From contig NC_067400.1 of assembly GCF_016432865.1 (NCBI RefSeq), forward strand, positions 624,278,001 through 624,342,000: 64,000 nucleotides of DNA, written 5' to 3'. The notes below the pieces were generated by a model, which was not told where the DNA came from, did not search any database, and saw nothing but the letters and a program-made list of their open reading frames with translations. The DNA is from Antechinus flavipes. Lineage: Eukaryota. Made by a program: the position numbers and the translations under genes. How positions within the stretch are numbered: position 1 is the first letter of the stretch; the number at the start of each line of letters is the position of its first letter. Positions 21,961 to 33,900 of the stretch are shown one piece after another.

Positions 21961-24004
21961 AACACCTCAGGAAAGTTTTGCAAAAAGGCTCCCTTTTCTC
22001 CTCTGAATAAACAAGAGCTCCCCAAAGGCAGAACCTTTTCTTTTCCTTAAAATATACTATTTTATTTTCTCCCATTGACACAGTCCTCATCCCAGAGATA
22101 GCGCAGCGCCCGGTGCGTAGTAGGTGCTCAGGAAATGTTTATTGTGACTGGAGGGCTGCCCCCTGCTGGTTCAGGCCCCCACTCCCTCAGCTTTCGGTGG
22201 GCTGGGCTGGGCAGGGGGTCTCCCAGGGTCAGGGCTCTGTGGGATGCAAAGCTCCCAACTCAAAGTGACGGCTCAAAGGCGGATCGCTGGGAAAGGCCCC
22301 TTCTCTCCCCGGGGCAGGCCCTCCACCACACAGTCGGGGCCGGGAAACTCATTTCACAGAAGTGGGAAGCGCAGTGTAAGCTGAGGTTCACAGAAGCCTG
22401 TCCATCCCATCTCCCGGGAATCCTTCCAGAACCTTTGGCCAAGCGGCCTCTATTCGGGATTTGTCTCTGGGGCACATGGGCTTTGGGGCCGGGTCTCGGT
22501 TAAGCAATAATGTTTAGAAGAAGGGGTTCATGGGTAAGGGGTCAGCACCACGGGAGAGGTTAAAGGTCCCTGTCGCTGAGCTGGGCCCGAGGGCCCCCGC
22601 CCCGGCTTTCCTCAGTCAGGGACGGGCAGAGACTCCGGGGGCGTCAAACCTAGGCCGGCTTCTCTAAGCAGACGCAAAGGTCCGGGCTCCTCTCAGATGG
22701 CGCTTTCTCCCAGAGCCCGATGACTGGGCAGGGCCTTGGCTGAGTCTTGGGCTACTCCAGGTTATGAGGGAGAAGTCCTCAGTTTCCCCTTTCACTCAGG
22801 ACTCGCCGGTCTCCGCCACACTGAAAAGGGAGTTTCCTCCCCCCAGGTCTGAGCTCGTTGGGGCATCCCCCAAGCCTGGAACGCCCCCCTCCCCCAGCTC
22901 TGGCTTTTGTGGCCACTTCCTTTTCCCACAAACCTCCAGAAAGGGCCCTGACCCTGCTAATTCCCGGCTTCACCTCGGTTAATTATTTCCTGTCTCTGTT
23001 GAGTTTAGCTCCCAAGTTCCCAGCAAGCTGTCATCCCAGGGGCCCCGGAGGGGAGGGAGGGGCTTTCGTCTTTCTTCTCTGGGCGGGGCACACAGGAGGT
23101 GCCTAATGCATGCTGATTGGCCGCCCAGGCACACAGGAGGTGCTTAATACATGCTGATTGGCCGCCCGGCTTTGTACAAACTCACTGATTTTATTCTGAT
23201 CGCAGTTTGAATGACGACTGCCTCTCACTTTCCCCCAGATCTGTGGCTAACAATTAGGATCCCGAAGCCAGGGAACGTCAGTGGGCTTCCGGGGAGGGAT
23301 GGCAAGGGTGCCCCGGGGCCCACCTAGCCCGCCTGGGTCCCAGAGGCGACAGGCTCCCAGCCGGCCCCCAGCAGCCCTGCCAGCTTCCCCGTCAGTGCCC
23401 AGAGCCTCTAAACGAATCTGGGTGGGTCCAGGGCCTCGCAACCGGAGCAGCCGGCCCACTCCCACCTCTGCTGGCCTCCTCTCCCGACTTTCCGGGGATC
23501 AAGGTCATTTCCGGGTGCTTTCTGGCCATGTCTGACTCTGTGACCCCCACGTGGGTTTTCTTGGCAGAGATACTTCCTCTGCTCATTTTACAAATGGGGA
23601 AACTGAGGCAAATGTCTGAGGCGAGATTCAAACTCAGGATCAGGCTGTCTCTAAGGGCATTCGCTTAAAACCAGAAAGAAAAAACAGAAAGAAGAAACCT
23701 GGGGCCCAAGAAAAGCCAAGACACCCCTCCCAGGGAGGGGACCAGTCCCTGCCTCTGGCTCCAGGGAGTGGAAGGAGTGAGTCAGGCCCTGGAGCTGCCG
23801 CTGACTAAGCCTTCTGGCCCCAGCCCAGGCTTCCTCTTCAGCAAGTCCGGGTTGGCAGCGGACCGGTCCTGGGAGGTTCCGGCCCACGTGGGCTTCTGCA
23901 GGGCCGGAAACTGGCTCATGTGTGAATCATTTACCTTGTGTGCCCAGGAAGGGTGGAGGCCAGTCCAGAGGCAAAGGCTTCCCTTAGAGAGAGGCCCTGG
24001 AGAC

Positions 24005-24812
24005 AATCCATTCCCAGGCTGTCCTCCCCTCCCTCCCAGACTGTCCTCCACCTCCCCCTCAGACTGTCCTCCACCTCCCTCCCAGGCTGTCCTCCTTCTC
24101 CCTCCCAGGCTGTCCTCCACCTCCCTCCCAGACTGTCCTCCACCTCCCTCCCAGGCTGTCCTCCTTCTCCCTCCAAGGCTGTCCTCCTCCTCCCTCCCAG
24201 GCTGTCCTGCACCTCCCTTTCAGATTGTCCTCCACTTCCCTCCCAGACTGTCCTCCCCCTCCCCCTCAGACTGTCCTCCACCTCCCTCCAGACTGTCCTC
24301 CTCCTCCCTCCCAGGCTGTCCTGCACCTCCCTTTCAGATTGTCCTCCACTTCCCTCCCAGATTGTCTTCCACCTCCCTCCCAGACTGTCCTCCACCTCCT
24401 TTCAGACTGTCCTCCACCTCCCTTTCAGACTGTCCTCTACCTCCCTCCCAGACTGTCCTCCACCTCCCTTTCAGACTGTCCTCCACCTCCCTCCCAGACT
24501 GTCCTCCACCTCCCTCCCAGACTGTCCTCCTCCTCCCTCCCAGACTGTCCTCCACCTCCCTCCCAGGCTGTCCTCCTCCTCCTCCCTCCCAGACTGTCCT
24601 CCTCCTCCCTCTCAGACTGTCCTCCACCTCCCTCCCAGACTGTCCTCCACCTCCCTCCCAGACTGTCCTCCACCTCCCTTTCAGACTGTCCTCCACCTCC
24701 CTCCCAGGCTGTCCTCCTCCTCCCTCCCAGACTGTCCTCCTCCTCCCTCCCAGACTGTCCTCCACCTCCCTTTCAGACTGTCCTCCACCTCCCTCCCAGA
24801 CTGTCCTCCATC
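24005..24812. repeat. Intergenic pyrimidine-rich minisatellite (CCTCCCTCCCAGACTGTCCTCCA, about 24-bp unit)
   Basis: About 0.8 kb of directly visible units; explains the LPPRLSSTS ORFs. Confidence 0.95.
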
Positions 24813-27566
24813 TGCCTCTGACCCTGAAAAGGCATCGAACAAGACACTCTTCTTGGCAATAAGAGACCTGAAGCTAAGTGAGAGCGTTGCCGGGGCGACA
24901 AATACTGGCCGGCTCCCTGTCGGGGGGAGGGGGGCGTGGAAAGCGCGTGTTTAGAAGGATAAAGGACTCTCGAGAACAAGAGCGGGCGATGTGGCGCCAT
25001 ATTGGATTTCGGAGGCTCCCTGCTGCGCGGGTCCGAGGGGAGGCTCAGTCTCTCCATCTGGTAAATGGGCCGAGGAGAGCCCCGCCTCCCAGGGGGGCCG
25101 TTTCTAAAGTGCTTTAAGCACCCAAAGGTCCCGGGGGAGGCCGTGAGCCTCCGTTAGCAGCGCGAGGTCGGACCTGCCCCTGCAGCTTTAGCTCTCGGAC
25201 GCCTGCGGGACCTCAGGTTCCCGTTCCCAGCTGGTTCCAGTTTTGTGTCCCCCGAGGCCTGTTCAGGGGTCCCGGCCCGGGCCCTTTCCCGAAGCCGTTG
25301 GGGCCGCTGGGGAGACCCTGCAGGGCCAGACCGTGCTCCCTCCCCGAGAGGACCAGGGCCTCGGCTCCAGAACACGCGGGGCTTCTCGCAGGAGGTGCCC
25401 ATCTGTGATGTCTGACTGACCGGCAGCCCCGAGAGCCGGCGATGGGTCGGATGCCAGGCGGGCACAAGGGGCCCGGCCCATCCCCCCAGGAGCCAGCCCC
25501 CCCCCTCAGGACCCGCCCTCCCCCCCAGTACCCACTCCCCCACTCACCCCTCTTCAGGATCCATCCCCCCTACTCACCAGGACCCATTCCCCCGAGGACC
25601 CGTCCTCCCCCTCAGGACTCCCCACCAGGACCTGCCCCCCCCACTCACCCCAGTCTCCCGCCGCTCAGGCTTGGAACCTGGGGGTTGCCCTTCCCTTCTC
25701 ACTTGTAGCCCTTTCTCATCTCCTTCCCCAACAGAGCCTGGAACCTCGGCTAACCCCAACCTATCCTGGATCCCCAAAATGACACTTCGCATCCTCCGCG
25801 GCTCCGCCCCTCCGGCCAGTGAGCCACTAAACATTTATTAGGCACCTACTGTGTACCAGGCACTGGGCGTACGGGAGACCCCAAGAATTAGGGAATAATT
25901 AAGAGAAAACAGCAGCGCTGGGGGGCGCACGTGCGGCCTTTGGTGGCCACTATCTAGTGAGGAGATGCGCTGGGAATGGTGGTCTGGGGAGTCTGCCCTG
26001 TGAGTTCCCGGCTCCATCCCTCCGGCGGGCGCGAGGCTGGAACTCTTACTCCTGGGGGCTGCCCGTGGCCTGTGGACCAGAGACCCCCGGACAGTCAGAA
26101 GTCGGGAAAAAGGGAGAAACTGCGCGGACGTCCCCCCTCCCCCGCAGGGGGCTTGTGGGCCCGTCTGCAGGTCAGAAGCTGAGCCAAAGTTACGATTTAC
26201 AGCCCGGTCGGGCCTGTTTCACAAAGGGCAGAAGGCAGCAGACATTTATGGAGCACCTACTGTGTGCCGGCTGAACGCTGCATCTGGGGAGCGGGGAGAG
26301 CCGGTCCCGCTGGGTCTGGAACCGTGGGACCGGACCGAGGCAGCTGCTCCTGCCTAACTGGGCTCCAGCATCGGCCGGAACCCCCGCTCTGACCGGGATC
26401 CCGCGACGTCCCGCCTGTTTCCCCGACAGCGGCGTCCTCCTGCCTCAGGCCCCCTCTGATGACGCCCCTCGGCCTCGGACTCTCGGGCCCTGAGGTTTCT
26501 GGGACCGGCCGCAGCTGCGTCCCCCGAGCGCCGTGAGGTCAGACTGTCTTTTGCACACAGTAGGTACTTAATAGATGTTCGCTGACTGGCTGAGGGCGAA
26601 GAGCCGCCCTGACGTTGCGTGCTCCCTGCCAGGGGTCCCTGAAGATAACCTGGGCAAAGACCGGATTCTCCCCCGCGGGGAGGGACCTTTTCCCCAAGAC
26701 GGCCCAGAAAGGCTCCTGAGGAAGCGGGGGCTCCGGCCCGACTTTCCAGTGGCCCCGGAGCTTGGTGCCGAGGATGTTGACTCGGGGTAAGGGGACCCCC
26801 TGGCTCAGGGTGGTCGTCCCGAGCCCGAAGCGAAAGGGACACGGAGCCCCAACTTTGTCCCCCTGCGGGCCCTGAAGGGGAGGGTTTGCCAGGAGAGCGG
26901 GGAGCACCGGTTAGGGGGAAGCCCAAATGTGGGGGGCTCGTGACCTCGCGCTCCAGGTGAGCCGGAGAGGTGACCAAGGGACCGTAACTACCGGGCGGGG
27001 GGATGACGCTCTGCCCGACTAGAAGCCCCCACAGCGCTCGTGGTCCCGCTTTCAGGTTCCTCCAGGAAAGTCACAGAGCAGAACCAAGGCGGACCCCAGG
27101 GGGTCAGGGAGGGTCCCGCACTTTTGGGAGAGCAGCTCCCACGCCCCGGATTAGGAGTGCTCTCCCTTCCCCGCCGCCTCCTCCCCCTTCGGCTCCGAGA
27201 TCAGGCGGAAGTCACGGCCCTGGAAAGGGGTCACTGGGGCCCAAGGTGCCCCCCCGGCTCGGCCATCTGCTCTGTGGGGGGCTGTGAGCCCGAACACGAT
27301 CCCACCCGATGTCGGGGCTCGTCTCTGGACCCTGGCTGGTCACTAATGTATCACGGTCTGTGGTCAGTCCCCTCTCCAGGTCATCACTCACCGGCCCAGG
27401 CCACGCGCAGGACCTCAGGCACCTGCTGCTCGGGGCTCGGCCGCTGGAAGCCCCCCCCTCGTGCCCACCACGGACCCCATCAGGCGCTTAAACCCCCGGC
27501 ATCGCCCGCGGCCGTCTGCCCGCCCCATCCCAAGAAGGAGGCGCCCCCGGCTCTTACAAACGGCTC

Positions 27567-27572
27567 TTTATT
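27567..27572 (-). terminator. Poly(A) signal AATAAA of TRPM4
   Basis: TTTATT on the plus strand, about 340 nt past the TRPM4 stop. Confidence 0.7.
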
Positions 27573-27907
27573 TCCGGCCTTCAGACGCTGTGGGCAGAAG
27601 GTCCCTGAGGGGGTCCCGGGGGTCCGGGCCTTTCTGGACCCGCCTTGTTCCTGCCCCGATTGGGGGCTGGCTGCCGGGGGCAGGTCACTCTCGGGTGGGC
27701 CCCCGGGGATGAGGGGAGGCACCTGGTGGTGGTCCTGGGGACCAGGATGGGCCCTGTGGGGAGGGGCCGCGGGAATGGAAGGTCTCTGGGGAGGCCCCGG
27801 GAGTGGGAGGGTCCTTCCGGACGGGAGGCCCAGAGTGGGGGGCCGGGGGTGTCCCTGAGTCCTGCGTTCCAAGGGGTGGGAGTCCTCTGGGTCCATCCCC
27901 GAGGGGC

Positions 27908-30900
27908 TCATTCTGCGGGAGAGAGGAAGGTGTTAGTGACCGGGGAGAGAGGGAGGAGCACGGAGACCCAGAGTGGACACAGAGGCCAGAGGACCTTGGA
28001 CAAGGACGGGGAGGAAGGGCTGGGGGCGACATGGAGGGGGCAGGGGCGGCTGACCTTTGACCGGGGTGAGTGGGGGCGGCTCCACTGGCGAGATCAGCTG
28101 GGAGTGTTTCAGCGCCTCCACCACCCAGCTGAGGAGCTGGCTGCAGTGACGGACCTGGAGGGGGGCTGGGTCAGAAGAGCCCGGATGCACCCAGCCCCCT
28201 CCCCGGCAGCCCCCTCCCCAGCTGCACCCAGCCCCCTCCCCAGCAGCCCCCTCCCCAGCTGCACCCAGGCCCCCTCTGCCCCCGCCCTTCACCTCTCACC
28301 TCCAGCTCTATGGCCACCAGACGCTGCTGGTAAGCCCGAATCTGACTCAGATGCTTCAGGGCTGTGTCTACCCTGCGTGTGGGAGGGGAGGTGGGGGAGA
28401 GCAGGGGTCCCCTCAGAGAAGTTGGGGAAGAGCCNNNNNNNNNNNNNNNNNNNNNNNNNNNNNNNNNNNNNNNNNNNNNNNNNNNNNNNNNNNNNNNNNN
28501 NNNNNNNNNNNNNNNNNNNNNNNNNNNNNNNNNNNNNNNNNNNNNNNNNNNNNNNNNNNNNNNNNNNNNNNNNNNNNNNNNNNNNNNNNNNNNNNNNNNN
28601 NNNNNNNNTACTTTCCCTTCCCTTACTTTCCCTTCCCTTCCTTCCCTTACTTTCCCTTCCCTTCCTTCCCTTACTTTCCCTTCCCTTACTTTCCCTTCCC
28701 TTCCTTCCCTTACTTTCCCTTCCCTTACTTTCCCTTCCCTTACTTTCCCTTCCCTTCCTTTCCTTCCCTTCCCTTCCCTCCCTTCCCTTACTTTCCCTTC
28801 NNNNNNNNNNNNNNNNNNNNNNNNNNNNNNNNNNNNNNNNNNNNNNNNNNNNNNNNNNNNNNNNNNNNNNNNNNNNNNNNNNNNNNNNNNNNNNNNNNNN
28901 NNNNNNNNNNNNNNNNNNNNNNNNNNNNNNNNNNNNNNNNNNNNNNNNNNNNNNNNNNNNNNNNNNNNNNNNNNNNNNNNNNNNNNNNNNNNNNNNNNNN
29001 NNNNNNNNNNNNNNNNNNNNNNNNNNNNNNNNNNNNNNNNNNNNNNNNNNNNNNNNNNNNNNNNNNNNNNNNNNNNNNNNNNNNNNNNNNNNNNNNNNNN
29101 NNNNNNNNNNNNNNNNNNNNNNNNNNNNCTTCTGGGAAGTCCTCTTCAGCCGCTCCGAGTCGCTCTCCCTCTTGTCCCGGGCTTGGCCCAGGAGGAAGTT
29201 CTCCTTCTGCACCGACTCCCAGGTCAGCAGCTCGCGCTCCTCGGCCTGGTTGGCCAGGTACAGCCCTGGATGGGGAGGGGGGACGAGCGGCTGAGCGCGG
29301 CCCGGCCCCCCCGGGAGCCCCCCGGGCCCCTGCCCCCCAGAACTTACTGGAAGCCTCCTCGGAGGCGGGGCGCTGCCGTCGGGGCTGGCGCTGGCGATCC
29401 AGGCGGCTCAGCAGCAGGAGGAGGTGGGAGACCACGATGAGGGGCGGGGGCAGCGCCGGGCGGTTGTGGAACTCGCGGATGAGGCCGTAGCGCTGGAACT
29501 TCCAGTACTGGTCGCTGTTCCCCTGCACCTTCCCGAAGGTGTGGCTGGGGGACCGACAGGCAGGGCCTCAGGGACCAGGAGTCCACAGGGAGGGGTCGGG
29601 ATCGGAGGTCACGAGGGGTGTGGGATGATGGGTCAAGGTCATCAGAGGTCACCTCCTCGGGGTCGAGGAACAAACATAGGTCACCGACCCGTGGGTCGCA
29701 GGGTCAGAGGTTACTCTGAGTGAGCAGTCAGCGCGGTGACAGAGAAGCCCCCGAGTCGGAGGAGGGGTCAGCGGGCCGTGGACATGTTGGTTCCACGCAG
29801 AACGTCTCGGGCTTCGGGGGGTTCTGTGTGAGGGTCCGCGGGCAAGGAAAGGGGGCAGCTCGGGGAGGGCTCCCAGCAGAGGCCGGGACGTCTAAGGAGA
29901 AGTGGGGAAGGGGTGGGGGCAGCGGGAGAAGACGAGGAAGGGCGGGGCCTCGGAGGCCGCTGGGAAGGCCCCGGTCAGTCAGACCGCCTCTTGTCCGGCA
30001 GCTGGGGGGAGGAGCCGGGAGGACCGTCGGCCCTGGGCGTGGCCGGCACTCACCTGCCTTGCATTGCTACCCGAGCGTGGGAGCCCATGAGGGCGCCAGG
30101 AAGCACTGACCCCCCCAAAAGGACTCGGGGGGCTAGCACGATGGCGGGGCCTCGGAGGGTCTCGGTACGGCGGAGCGCTAGGGCTGCCACGAGGGAGGCA
30201 GTGGGGGAGCGGGGAAACTGAGGCACGGGCCCCTTAGGGAGACCGGCCCCGTGGGTCCTTCAGAGTCAGGAGGCACAGGAGGTGACAGTTGGGGGGCCGG
30301 GTCAGGGGGTCCCCGGACAAAGGACAACAGGATGTGTTTGACTAGAGCCTTAAAGAAGGCCCAGGCGGGTGGATGGGGGATCCGGAGCCGGGTGCTCCCT
30401 GGCAGGCCCACGGGGCAGCGAAGGCGAATGGGGAGCACGGAGACCGAAGGGGGGATGGGCGGGGAGAGGAGGCGGCACCGAGAGGGATCTCAGAAGGGGA
30501 GCTCCCGGGGTGGAGGGTCAGGGGTCAGGGGTCACCGGCCCGGCACCTGAACATGGCGATGAGAAGGTTGAGCAGGAGCACGTTGGCCACCAGCAGGAAG
30601 ATGACCAGGAGCAGCAGCACCAGCCAGTTGGCGTAGATGGAGACGCAGGAGCCGGACGGGCTCCCGGGGGGCTGGGCCCACGACCCCAGCTCCTGCGAGC
30701 AGTTCTCCTGCTGCATCAGGGTCACTGGGGGCAGAGAGTCCGTCAGGGCCGGGGCCCGGGGGGAGGGGGGCCGGGCGGGGGACCTCGAGGGCCTGCTCAC
30801 CGTCCATGTCCGCCTGGGGCACCTGGCCGAAGATCTGCAGGTAGGGCCGGTAAAACACGCGCCTCAGGATGGCAAACAGGTCGCGGTCCTGCGGCCGGAG

Positions 30901-33900
30901 CAGCCCCTCGGTGGCCACGCCATAGGCCACGAGCCACACGCCCAGGAAGAAGAGGAAGAAGAAGACGTCCTTCATCTGCAGGACCGGGAAGGGGGCTGGG
31001 GGTGAGCGAGGGTCCGGGAGCCAGCAGCTGCCCCCGTGTCCTCTCCCCCCTCCCCCCCTCCCTCCACTCCCCCCCTCCTTCCCTCCCTCCCCCACTTCAC
31101 CATCTTGTTCACGATCACGATCTTGGGTCCGAGCTGCTTATTGACTGTGAAGATGTGCAGGAGGCGCAGGGTGAAGACCATGAAGTCCAGGCAGAGCACG
31201 GCCCGGCCCAGCTGGTACAGCCCCGGGATCAGCCTGCGGGCGAGGGAGGGCAAAGCTGCCGCCCGAGAAGCCCCTGTGCCCGGTCCTGGGGTGAGGGGCT
31301 CCCCGACAGCGGGAGAATGGGGCGAGGGGCCAGGGCCCTTAGTGGGGGTGCAGCGTGGGGGGCAGGGCCCTTAGTGGGGGTGCAGCGTGGGGGGCAGGGC
31401 CCTTAGTGGGGGTGCAGTGTGGGGGGTAGGGCCCTTGTGGGGGTGCAGCAAGGGGGGCAGGGCCCCTTGGGGGGGGTGACGAGAGGGCCAGGGCCCCTTG
31501 GGGGTGCTGGGAGCCTGGGCCAGGGGCACGCAGCGCCCAGGGCAGCAGGGGTCAGGGGCGGCATGGGAGGGGCCCAGGACGCCCCCGAATAGCGGGCCTG
31601 GCTCGGGAAGGGGAAGGCCGCCCCTGGGGTGCAGACCCCTCCCCCCCCAGGCCCCGGGACCGGGCGGGCCCACGCACCGGCAGCCGATGCCCAGCAGGAA
31701 GAGGCTGAGGGCCACCAGGTCGCACTGGTTCCAGGTGTCGGCCAGGTAGAGGTGCAGCCGCCGGTGCAGGGGCACCTTCCCGGGCTCCGGTGCGGGGCCC
31801 CCGCTGAGGGTTCCCCAGCCCCCCGACAGCCCCTGCCGCAGCTCCTCGCACAGCAGCGTGGAGACCCAGGCGTAGAGCAGGAACTCGGTGGCTCCGGGCG
31901 CCGCGGGCCGGATCTCCAGCAGCAGCACCCGGGCGAAGAGCAGCAGGAACAGCAGGTAGCTGACCACGTTGCCCAGGAAGACGGTCACCGGCGCCGTCCA
32001 GAACTGGGACCAGCGCCGCAGGCAGCGCGCCCACTGCTGCCGGTCCCGCAGGCAGCTCCAGGCGGCCCCGGGCCGGGCCGGCGTGCCCGTCCCCGGCTTC
32101 TCCGAGACGTCCCCCAGCCTGCAGGGGCGGGGGCGAGGCGGCGGTCACCCAGGAGCCCGGCCCCCCACCCACGGGCCCCCCGAAGCCCCCGGCCCAGGCT
32201 CACCCCGAGGGGCTGTCCACGGCGCCGTCATCCACGTTTGGCCCCCACTGTTCTCTCTTCAGCGGCACCTCCTCCAGGGGTCTGCAGGCGTTGGGTACGG
32301 GGAAGAACAGAGGGAAGCAATCAGGGGAAACTGAGGCTCGGGGAGGTCCCGCGGGGTGGCTGGAAAGCAGAGACCCCGGGGACAGCGCGGGGAGACTCAC
32401 CTAAAGGTGATGAGGTTGGTGTAGATGAACAGGGGGCAGAAGAAGGTGAGAAGCAGGGCCCAGACGGGGGTGCTGCTGTCCATCTCTCCCCACCACTTCT
32501 CCGTCAGCAGCGTCTGGGGGCAGGGGATGGGGGTTAGGGCCCTGGGGGTCCCAGGAAGACCTCCCACGCCGCCCGGGGCTAAGCCCATCTCGGTCCCCCA
32601 AGACTCAGCAAACTCGGCTGGAGCTTCGGTCAAAAAAGGAGATGCCGTCCGTGGCCGAAGGTCACCACCGCCTGCCTCAGTTTCCCCAAGCGTAAAATGG
32701 GGATAACAAAAGCACCTCCCTCCCCGGTGGTCGGGGGCGAAATCAGGCCTGGGAAGCCCCCTGGGAGTGCCGGGCACCGTCTGCCCTCTCGGGCCCTTGC
32801 CGGGATTTTGTTCACTAAGAACTTTTAAAGCCCCGTCCCTCCTCACACTCGTACCGAGGCCTGAACCTTTCTGGGTTCCCTTTGGGCGCCAAGTGTTAAC
32901 GCCCCTTGGAAACCGGCCCGGGGTCCCCACTGCTCCTCTCCGTCCATTGGGAGGTCCCCGGGGGGGCCGAGGCGGCTTTCCCCTGGGAGCGGGAAAGCGC
33001 CCCCTAATTCTCAGCTCTCCTGCTCCATGTTATTCTTTTTCTCTCCTTTGTCGCTTTCAGTCTATTTGTCTCTGCTTCTGTTTCTTTTTTTCTTTCTTCT
33101 CTGCTCTCTCCCCCCTCCCTCCTTCCCTTCCTCCATCTCCTCTCTGCCTCCCTCGCTTGTCTCTCTTCTCTCTCTGTGATTCTGTCTCTCTCCCTCTCCC
33201 TTCCCCCCTTTATCTGCTTCTCTGACTGCTTGTTTTTTTCCTCTGTCTCTTTCACCTTTCTTTGTCTCTCTCCCTCCCCCCTCTCCTTTCCTTTCTGTCT
33301 TTTGTCTCTCCTCTGTCTCTCTCCCTGCTCCCTCCCTGTCTATCTCTCTCCCCCCTCCCTGTCTCTGTCCGTCTCTCTCCCCCCTCCCTCCATCTCTTGT
33401 CTCTGTCCGTCTCCCCCCTCTCCCTCCCTGTCTCGTCTCTCTCTTCCCCCTTTCTTCCACCCCCCAGGACCTCAGTTCCCACCTCCGGGCTCCTTCCTGC
33501 CTCCCTGGAACTTTCTGTTTCACCAGAAGCCTTTCCTGGGGGTTTTCCCTCGGCGCCCGAGGCCTCCCGAAGCGCCCCCGGTCTCCAGGAGGACGAGCGG
33601 CCCGCCCTTGGCGCCCGGACGGGGTCCCCCGGCTGTGGCCATGGACCGCCCTCGCCCCCTCCCTCAGATTCTCTCCGGACTCCATGCTGGCTGAAGGTGG
33701 GATCTCCGACCTTGTCCGTTCTCGTATGGCCACTGCTTGGCGAGCGGCTAAGGCTGCACTCGGCACACAGCGGGCACTTAATAAATGCCTACCGACTGAG
33801 CGGATGACTGACAGCTGACGGGGGGCCTTGGATGCCAGGGTCCCCCCTGCTCCGGAGCTCTTCCCCAGGTGAACGCCCACCTGAGCCTTCGTCTCCCCCT

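Noticed and set aside
23768-24954. 364-aa and 338-aa repetitive ORFs
   Set aside because: They are translations of the 24-bp VNTR; no splice or homology support.
25910-25930. CTCF-like motif CAGCGCTGGGGGGCGCAC (also CTCAGATGGCGC near 22690)
   Set aside because: Partial matches are expected by chance at this GC content.
27933-28054. Extended TRPM4 C-terminus by reading through exon 24
   Set aside because: A donor at 28054 and a tiny terminal exon at 27912 reproduce the known TRPM4 structure.
27645-29528. ORFs spanning X runs
   Set aside because: They stay open only because of N gaps; the real TRPM4 exons 22-24 lie outside the gaps.
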